Source: Owenia fusiformis
Lineage: Eukaryota
Direction: 5' to 3'
Assembly: GCA_903813345.2 (NCBI GenBank)
Contig: CAIIXF020000001.1
Location: 19,592,001-19,656,000, forward strand
DNA length: 64,000 bases
The translations under genes were made by a program, and so were the position numbers. The notes beneath the pieces are model-generated. The model was not told the DNA's origin. It did not search any database and was given only the letters and a program-made list of their open reading frames with translations. Shown here one piece after another: positions 54,716 to 64,000 of this stretch (position 1 is its first letter; every line of letters starts with the position of its first letter).

Positions 54716-56275
54716 AGTTTCCTTAGGCCCTAATAAATTAATTGTCTGTACAATGGTTACTTACCAGGTAGTTTCCTTATAAGGCCATAATAAATTAATT
54801 GTCTGTGCGATGGTTACTTAACAGGTAGTTTACTTATAAGGCCCTAATAAATTAATTGTCTGTACAACGGTTACTTACCAGGAAGTTTCCTTATAAGGCC
54901 ATAATAAATTAATTGTCTGTATGATGGTTACTTAACAGGTAGTTTACTTATAAGGCCCTAATAAATTAATTGTCTGTACAACGGTTACTTACCAGGAAGT
55001 TTCCTTATAAGGCCATAATAAATTAATTGTCTGTATGACTGTTACTTAACAAGTAGTTTCCTTATAAGGCCCTAATAATTAATTGTCTGTATGACTGTTA
55101 CTTAACAAGTAGTTTCCTTATAAGGCCCTAATAAATTAATTGTCTGTATGACTGTTACTTAACAAGTAGTTTCCTTATAAGGCCCTAATAAATTAATTGT
55201 CTGTATGACTGTTACTTAACAAGTAGTTTCCTTATAAGGCCCTAATAAATTAATTGTCTGTATGACTGTTACTTAACAAGTAGTTTCCTTATAAGGCCCT
55301 AATAAATTAATTGTCTGTGCGATGGTTACTTAACAGGTAGTTTCCTTATAAGGCCCTAATAAATTAATTGTCTGTACAATGGTTACTTACCAGGTAGTTT
55401 CCTTATAAGGCCATAATAAATTATTTGTCTGTGCGATGGTTACTTAACAGGTAGTTTACTTATAAGGCCCTAATAAATTAATTGTCTGTACAACGGTTAC
55501 TTACCAGGAAGTTTCCTTATAAGGCCATAATAAATTAATTGTCTGTATGATGGTTACTTAACAGGTAGTTTCCTTATAAGGCCCTACATTATTTGTAATC
55601 AATATAAACAATGTATGAATGTAACAAAATAGGAAATAATAAAAACTAAAAAAAAAACGAACCAGGTAGTTTCCATAAGGCCCTAATAAATTAATTGTCT
55701 GTACAACGGTTACTTACCAGGTAGTTTCCTTATAAGGCCATAATAAATTAATTGTCTGTATGATGGTTACTTAACAGGTAGTTTCCTTATAAGGCCCTAA
55801 TAAATTAATTGTCTGTATAATGGTAACTTACCAGGTAGTTTCCTTATAAGGCCATAATAAATTAATTGTCTGTGCGATGGTTACTTAACAGGTAGTTTAC
55901 TTATAAGGCCCTAATAAATTAATTGTCTGTACAACGGTTACTTACCAGGAAGTTTCCTTATAAGGCCATAATAAATTAATTGTCTGTATGATGGTTACTT
56001 AACAGGTAGTTTCCTTATAAGGCCCTACATGATTTGTAATCAATATAAACAATGTATGAATGTAACAAAATAGGAAATAAAAAAAACTAAAAAAAAAACT
56101 TACCAGGTAGTTTCCATAAGGCCCTAATAAATTAATTGTCTGTACAACGGTTAGTTACCAGGTAGTTTCCTTATAAGGCCATAATAAATTAATTGTCTGT
56201 ATGATGGTTACTTAACAGGTAGTTTCCTTATAAGGCCCTAATAAATTAATTGTCTGTATAATGGTAACTCACCAG
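54716..56275. repeat. 57-bp satellite with higher-order structure
   Basis: Unit AGTTTCCTTATAAGGCCMTAATAAATTAATTGTCTGT...GGTTACTTAMCAGGT; two near-identical ~75-bp interruptions at about 55587 and 56027. Confidence 0.96.
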
Positions 56276-58165
56276 GTTATCCCAAAATCTCCCTGGTTAA
56301 ACCTTTTTCATACCTTATTAAAGATTTTAGTATTTTGGGGGCTTTCTGTCATTTTGATATTTATTCTACAGAAGGCAGGTGTAAACCATCATCTTGTCAA
56401 AATTGCTTCAGTTTGACAGTTTTTCACAAAAAAACTAAATAATTAAGTCATTTCTTCCAATTCTATCCTCTTTGACATTAATTTGCCTCACCCATTTCAA
56501 GATACTTGATATGTTATTAGCTGTCAAGTTAAAATGACTTGACATTGGGCACATTGGAGCCTCTTAAAGCTATCGCTAAGTAACCAAGCATGTATACTAT
56601 TGTATCAGGAAATGGGAAGTTGAGATATTAATTAGTATAAGACATACTGTATTTGTAGAGAGATAGGTACAGCAGAAAATCGAGAGTCAGAGGGAAACAG
56701 ACATAATTGATTTATTCAAAATGGTTTCCATGCAGCTTTTTGCCTTTGCATGTTGCAAAGTGACAAATGAGATAGAAGTGGTAAAATCACAGACTAACAT
56801 GTTACCATGGAAATATCTTTAAGTTTATTGTAACAGGCCTGTCAACTTGGGAACACCTAACATGAGTGACTTACAAATGTTGAACACCTTTCTTCAAATT
56901 GTGGACACCTTGATCCAAATCTGAACACCTTGGCCCGCAGTTTGAACACCTTGGTTCAAATTTTATTGCATATAACCAAATTTTGGACACCTCAAAATTA
57001 CAGTCAGATTACAGTCCTCTTTCTTTTGTTTTTTTTGTAGCATAACAAAGCTATAAGACCTTTTGACCTCTAACTACTTCCTTATCATTCCTTGGCTTTT
57101 GTCATGTGTCAGTTATGTTAGTTTAATCAAGGATGTGCTGATTGTGTTTAGTAAAAACAAGATTATTATCAAAGTCAAGAAATGCACACGTTGGTAAATA
57201 TTTTTATAATATCTTACCAATTCAGCTAATTGCAATATACTATATGATCTTTAAGATCTTCATGTTAGAATAATATTCTGAGCAATTTTTCTTTCAGATG
57301 TATTGATTTTGAAATTATCAAATGAACAGAAGCCTTATTAAGCAGAGTCTATGATGAAGATTTATATTGAAATAACATTCAAAGTTCTCCGCCTCCTCAA
57401 TTATTCAACAATGTGATACTTGTTTTTGCCGGAGATAGACCAATCAATGAGCTGTAATTGGATCCCTTACTTTGTAGGAAAACTCTTGTGATCATGATGT
57501 GTCGTGTCGTAGTGTTTAGGAGTATGCTACTCGTTGAAAATGATATCACAGTCATTATGTAGACGGCCTTTATATTCAGCGCAAGAGCTTATACCTATAA
57601 TGAGATTATTTAAATTCAATCTTGTCTCGTTATTAATTAACATGAAAAGAGACAATGTTATAGACTCTTGTGTAATACATCTAATTTCTCTGCTATCTTG
57701 CAAATTCTTCTTTTTTATTGATCTATTTGTATGCATGTCTAGTTGTTTGTCAAATGAATTACCTACAAACCACTTCATTCATGTCTGTATTCACTTCCTG
57801 CTAAAGCTATGAGGATTTTGATATAATCTATGATAATCAAATAAAAGCATTAAATTGCATGCAGTCAATGATTGTTCAGCATTTCTAAAATATTTTCCCA
57901 CTTAATTTATGCAAATGTTATGTTTTTCATAATTATACACACCTATAAATAAACTATAGATTGAATGAATCTCAAGAACACTCATCAAGCTCTATAGGTA
58001 AACATTGATCGCTCTTTAGTAAAGGAGGTGAGAAAGTTTGACCTTTGACCTTCACAAATGGAGAATATGACAACAAACACGAGCACGAAAGGTCCTGTGA
58101 ATAATTGATGTTTTCTACAATTATACATGATTAAATATTATTGATTCTTGACTGTTTTGCTTCAG

Positions 58166-59789
58166 GACGACAGTGTGCAAATGTCTGCTAGCTCGAAGAA
58201 GCCGTTCAGTGGGAAAGAAAAGCGGACGAAGGCTGAAGAAAAGGCACATTTAAAAAAAACAGAAACCAGGAGCAAATCAGATTCCAGTTCCCCGGGAAAA
58301 AGTCCAGGTAAAAATGTAAAATACCTGGATACCCCTCCCAGTAGTACTGGATCCAAGAGAAAAAAATCTCCAGCACTGGATATGGGTATAAAGAATATGG
58401 AAGTACAGGATGATGATAGTGTTATACAGACAGTTGAAATTGTAAAGAGGCCTGGTCAGACACTTGGATTTTACATCAGAGAGGGCAATGGAAATGATAG
58501 ATCAACAGGGGTGTTTATATCCCGTATCGCACAGGGAAGTATTGTTGAAGACAATGGATTATTACGAATAGGAGATGAGATATTATCTGTTAATAAAGTC
58601 GATGTAAGCCGCATGAGTTTAGACGATGTTGTTATATTGATGTCAATCCCTAAGAAGTTGGTGCTTTCAATTCGAACTCAACGTGGTATAAGTTCCAAGT
58701 CATTGACAAGTCTCGGCCCAATAGAGCCAGAGAAACCGGTTGTAGTGTTAAAAGGGAAAAATGTACCTTTAGAAAACACTGATAAAATCATGGAGGATTA
58801 TAATTTGGGGCGGGACCCCAGAGTATACCCCCCACCTCAAGGAGTGCAGTATTTACCCAAGGACTTCATTAAATCAGGCCTTCCAAAAAGTTTCCAGGGC
58901 TATAGACTAGGAACTGAGGAAGCACTGATACATGATGACTCTAACGATAGTGGGAATTCCACTGGAACTGGCATTAGTGAAGCATCTAAAGTTGATTCTC
59001 CCCAACAGGAGCAATCTAAGGACCATAAAGACGAACAAATCCATGCTCCAAAATCCCCTGCTGAACAACTAATATCATCAAGGGGTATGAATGGAGATTT
59101 AGTATTTAGTGATTCTGACACAGACCTGATAAAAACGTCCATGAATAAGCAATATCAAACATTAGATATCCCAGTGGGCCTCCCTACCATGAGTGTTGGA
59201 TCTCCAAGATCCTCTAGAAAATATGATCAATCTCCCCAACAACCGACATATGGATATTATGACTATGCATCTGATAGTGAGGTTCAGATGCCACGTTTAC
59301 GACGTCCTGTCAATGATGTTCATACAGTACCTAAATATAACTCAAAATATGGAGTATACTCTTTAGATAGTCAACAACAACAGCCAGAGCAAATCCAACA
59401 GGGGGCTCTTGTTCCTCAGTTTGGAGGGGTCATAGCTGAGCTGCAAAGGGTTCAACAACATGGTGAACAACAACAGCAACAACAACAACGTCGGACCCCT
59501 GACTTCACAGATGCTTATAACTCTGATTCAGAGGTGGTCACAATGCACAGGGGATCAAGACCACCAAGGTGGGGAACAACAGCACCTGTCGATTCTAAGA
59601 CCTCGATGGACCCAGAGGATCGTAGCTTCTCGTTACCACGTATGGACGCAGGTGAAACTGAGGCTGAAAGAGGGACGTGGATTCAGAGGTTTGAAAATTT
59701 GAATGCTCAGATGAAGGACCAGGGTAAAGGTCAGAGAGAAAGGATATCGCCAGAAGGACGACCTAATTTGTCACAGAGTCAGACAGCAG
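58166..59789 (+). CDS. Syd-1: Large coding exon of a Syd-1/RhoGAP100F (SYDE-family) Rho GTPase-activating protein: PDZ domain plus long S/P/Q-rich disordered region
   Basis: 548-codon open frame. Acceptor ttttgcttcag|GAC at 58165/58166 (phase 0) and donor GCAG|gttagt at 59789/59790 (phase 1). The sequence IQTVEIVKRPGQTLGFYIREGNG...GVFISRIA...LRIGDEILSVNKVDVSRMSLDDVVILMSIPKKLVLSIR closely matches the RhoGAP100F/Syd-1 PDZ as I recall it. Confidence 0.9.
58424..58678 (+). other. PDZ domain-coding segment (Syd-1 type)
   Basis: Carboxylate-binding loop KRPGQTLGF, GVFISRI strand, GLLRIGDEILSVN motif and C-terminal helix/strand SLDDVVILM...LVLSIR. Confidence 0.92.
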
Positions 59790-60644
59790 GTTAGTAACTC
59801 CTGCGCATTTATACTTTTAGTACTTTGTTCGAGTCTTTCATACATGTGACTGAACTGGGTGGAAAATCAAGTGGTTTTGTGGTTTTAATTAGCATGATAA
59901 GGGTTCCATAGAGTTTTTTTAATAGCAATTCATCTGCATGGTAATTTGATATAGGAGGGTGCTAAATTATTTTGTAAAGTGGTCTTTGTAAACCCTGTTC
60001 TGTCATCATGGTCATGAAAACACCTTTTGTTTTATTGTTACAAGAGCATTAACAGTTTAACAATTTTTTTTCTGTGGGCATTTACATTATTAAAATCCCG
60101 ATGTTATAAGACATAAATCAGCTTTGTGAACATTCAAGTGTGAGAGATTTTATATTGCCATCGAGGCTTTTTAGTCTTGTCACCAGTTACCAGTGAGTCT
60201 TTGAGTAAGGAGAAGGGGGTGTGGCAATGCCAGAGTCTTGTGTGGAGTCTCTGATTCGCCTATTTCACTACATATGTAGTATGTGGGAGGGGCTAGAATT
60301 CAGACCTTAGACTTTGGTGAAAGACTATTGTTGAATGGATTTGTTATCATCATGCATCCATTACTAATAGCTAAGGTCTACTTTTGCTAATATAATTGAT
60401 GAGCAATACTCAATACATCGTCATTTAAGAGAAATCTGTGCTAGTAATGATCGTGAACAAATTATGTCTGTGGTTGCCCTTGTTAAATCACATTGTATTC
60501 TGGCCTTTTCACTTATTTTATAGCTGAAAAATGAATTATTGCTTCTTTATGTTTACATTTGTTACCCTTTGCATTCGTTTGACTACACTTCTTAAAAGAG
60601 AGCTTCGTCTTCACTCTTTCAAACTAAAATAAACCTGTGAACTC

Positions 60645-60870
60645 ACCGCGCCAATCAGTGTTCGTCGGCCAAATTTGACCGACGTTCTTTATATGGTCAT
60701 TCCTTCTGACGTCATCGTTGAGCCCGGAATTGACCAATGACATGCGCATATTTAATAAGAACGCATTTGCCGTATGTTTCTTCAAGCTCGCTGATTGGTG
60801 GAAGGTCAGCGCGTAGGTCAAAAGTGATTTACCCATACTGTCACTGGTACCCGTCATGGGGCGGGGCTAC
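60645..60870. promoter_or_regulatory. Promoter/enhancer-like motif cluster in the intron after the PDZ exon
   Basis: CpG-enriched patch with CCAAT at 60651 and 60734, ATTGG at 60794, perfect CRE TGACGTCA 60707-60714, CCGGAA at 60724, CATGCGCAT at 60741, AGGTCA at 60803 and 60815, and GC box GGGGCGGGGC 60858-60867. Confidence 0.6.
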
Positions 60871-63800
60871 TAAACTGTAATATGGTCTCTACTAGGCAGA
60901 GTGTAGTTTAACTAGACTCTGCACGCAGGGTAACATTTGTATAAGTTTGGAGTATAGACATGATGCCTCCTTGCTAATTTCTCCAGTTTGTCATCTTGGA
61001 GGTTTTAAAACCCGACTGTTTGCATTGGGATAATGAGGGTATACTATCGCGCCATAATGCTCGTTTATGGATTGTTTTGTAATTAATTTTCATCCATGGA
61101 TCCAATGAATAATAGATATGAATAATAGATAGTGATAGATAGTATCGAGCTTGGCCGTGATTTATGTTGGGTTCTCATCAAAGAAGCTGTGTCATTTTCA
61201 AATTTTCCAATGATCAGAGAACATGCAGGGGGAAATGAAAGGAAACAGTAGATTTGCAAAACTGCACAATGATTCATGTAATGTTTTGAAAAATAAAAAT
61301 ACACCACGAGCCATTGTAGCATTGACCAAAAAATTAAAAAGACTCGAGCATGCAATTTGCAGAATGAAACGTCTTAAAACGATCACATGCCTAACAGTCT
61401 GGCTCTTATTTGACATTTATTAGCATACCCTGACATTTGAGACTATACGTCCCCACTATTTTATATATCAGCTGAAGTAAAGTAATTGGCTACGGACTTC
61501 CAAGTATAAATTATGGGATATTTATTGGGAGTGTCAAGATGTAATTGAGTAAAATGATTAAAGTTGCAGTTAGCATGCAATGATTCCAGGTTCTGCACGC
61601 AGGTGATACAAGCAGATACTCGAGCTAGAAACCTGTATCTTTGATCACATTATAGAATTGCAAAATTAATCAGACCTTGATTTTAATATTTATAAAATCA
61701 GACGCAAGGCTGTTTATTTGCAAATAGAAGGTATTGTTAGCATACTGTTATGAAATATTTAGTGATTGCAAAAATATATACCCTGAGCGCAGAGGTTCTA
61801 AAGTAGCCTCTAAACTGATTAGACTATAATATAACCGTTAAGCAGCCCAACCTCCAGTGCCAGTCGCCATCACTACATTTTAGCCTAGGTCATAAATCAA
61901 TTCAAACCAACTATTTTGATATTTTCTCAACCAATCAGTGAGCAGAAAGAAACACTTGTTTAAAGGCAGAATCTGATCTACAGGGGGTGACAAAATTACA
62001 AGCAACATGTATAATTGACCTACCAATCTATTCCTTACAATATCAAATACAATATCTCCCAAAAGATTCACAATATGTTATAAATTGGTGAAGATATTAA
62101 TGATTCAAAATGCAAAAATGAGTGAAAAATGTTTAAATTCTCCCTAATAATAAGAATGGTAACCATTCTTATAGAAAAATAATATATTATTGTAAAAATC
62201 TTTAGTTTTCCTGGAAGAAGGTATGCACTTTTGTGATTTTTAGAAAATAGACATGACAAGGAATGACATGAGCCAAAAATATTCTAAAATTGAGACAATT
62301 TTTTGTTTAGCCTGCTCGCTATATCTGATTCTCTCTTTAATGTTGGTCAGTGCCTTTTAAGAAATTATTAAAAAAGGGCGGTTGTTTAATTATAAACAGT
62401 GAACTATTAGTTAAAAATGTGAATTTACGACTTAAACTCTTTCTGGGTGTTAATTACATTCTCACTTGCTGGCATAGCAGGTTTCTAGCACCAAACTTGT
62501 GAAATCACAGCATCCTCTAAATATAATATCTAATATATCTTCCTAATCTTTATATTGTTCAGAGTCTGGAACATTGATTTATTGGCCAGGCAATTGTCCA
62601 TATAGCGAGAGAAGCAGGCGTATATCATATCATGTTCTGTATGATAATCAATGACCAAATTAGAAAATCAATGCTAATTGATCTCAAGCTGAATATTCTA
62701 ATATTAGGAATATATACTGTTTGCAAGTATTTAATGATTAAAAACTGCAAATGAGATCATTAAGATTGAGTTGGCATCTTGGCAAATGTTTGGCTTAATC
62801 AAGACAAAAAATACATTTGCGATTGTTCAAATCTTATAAGCATATTTTGCAAGCATTTGAGTTAATTAAGACAAAAGTTGCATTAGAGATCATTGAGATC
62901 TGATTAGCCTCAAAACTCTATAGTCTTTTTTCATAATGAAAGGTTAGTATGACTAGCTGATGGTGACTCAGGCTGCTTCTAATGGCACACATGAAATGAC
63001 TCATTCACTTTCTACCTGACTTCTTTCAACCATACTGTTCTTGTCATTGACTCATACAGATATTTTATACATTATGAGTTACCTTGGTTGGTTAAGATCC
63101 ATGACATTCTGCAGCAGTGATTATTATTGGATTCAAGCAATATTTTTTATAATATTTTATCACGCATACAGGTTAGATATCCACTCTTCTCTTGAATTTC
63201 CCTTTTCTGTTTGTTTATTTTACCTATCTTCTGAAATTGTAGAAAATTCCTGTATTTTGACTTTGCGTCTTTGGGAGTTAATATTATCACACTACCCTAC
63301 CACGTGACCACGTTTAAAATGGAAACAGGGTACAGCTAAGTTGCAAATGGAGGACGTGGGTTTAATTTCATATTTCTGAACGTACAATACATTTTACATT
63401 TATTTCTAGTGTTCTACCAGACATAGAATTGATTCATCAAGCAGTTTGTAGAATATTGTTGGCTAAAAACCACTATAGGCAAAGATATATAATAGTGGGC
63501 GCAGTGAAGCAAAACTTGAATGCAATACACGATACATTTCAGTAAATCTGTCAACGTACAGGGAGCATGTAAGTTTCCCTTCGAAAATGTTACATTGATA
63601 TGTAACAAAAAACAGTTAACTATTATTTAAACTTCGTGTCATCATGTTATATGTGGATATGTTTTCTAGTATGTTATTCAACTGTATTTTTGTGAATTTG
63701 AACAAAACATTTTAAATGATCGGTTTTTGAGGACGGTAGTGAATTATACCATTCAAGGGGTTATATAGAAAGATTCTTCACATGTAGTTCAGGCAATTTT

Positions 63801-64000
63801 AATTATTCTGAGTAGCGGATAGTCATTTATCATTAACGTCTTAATATTTAATTTCGTTATTTTATTTCAATTTGATATCCTAGTAACACGTATAATCTAG
63901 CGTTCTTGTTAATTTTATGACTAAAATGCATACGACCTGAAAGCCCGTGTCTAAATCTACAGAATAATGTTTACTTTATTTGGATTAAATAACAATTGAT

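Noticed and set aside
50983-56275. 81-bp and 57-bp arrays (also the 31-, 42- and 27-bp arrays) as CRISPR-like arrays
   Set aside because: Units are head-to-tail with no unique spacers, the two inserts in the 57-bp array are near-identical, there are no cas genes and the context is eukaryotic.
58148-58165. ORF-track start of the 548-aa ORF
   Set aside because: The TTG lies in the polypyrimidine tract; the exon starts at 58166 and the terminal TAG lies within the donor gttagt.
61083-61735. Short ORFs after the intronic promoter as a coding first exon
   Set aside because: I found no ATG-initiated frame that stays open to the candidate donor near 61731; at most UTR or uORF sequence.

Overview
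AT-rich eukaryotic DNA with spliceosomal exon/intron structure, probably from a marine invertebrate (taxon not determinable). It holds the 5' part of one + strand gene of the Syd-1/RhoGAP100F (SYDE) family. A 1.6-kb exon (58166-59789) encodes a Syd-1-type PDZ domain plus a long disordered region; the expected C2 and RhoGAP exons are not visible and presumably lie beyond the window. Two upstream phase-0 first coding exons can each splice in frame to it: 20503-20766 (88 aa, helical/acidic) and 30207-30251 (MLCCGSQKQKSPRKK, missed by the ORF track). A dense promoter-like motif cluster at about 60650-60870 could drive a PDZ-less isoform. The rest is intronic or intergenic: a ~3-kb tandem duplication whose first copy carries two extra transposon insertions, a DD37D (maT) Tc1/mariner relic, several MITE families, a long-hairpin element and many minisatellites. 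No CRISPR array, rRNA, tRNA or prokaryotic system is supported. All family assignments are by eye and recall; no searches were run.
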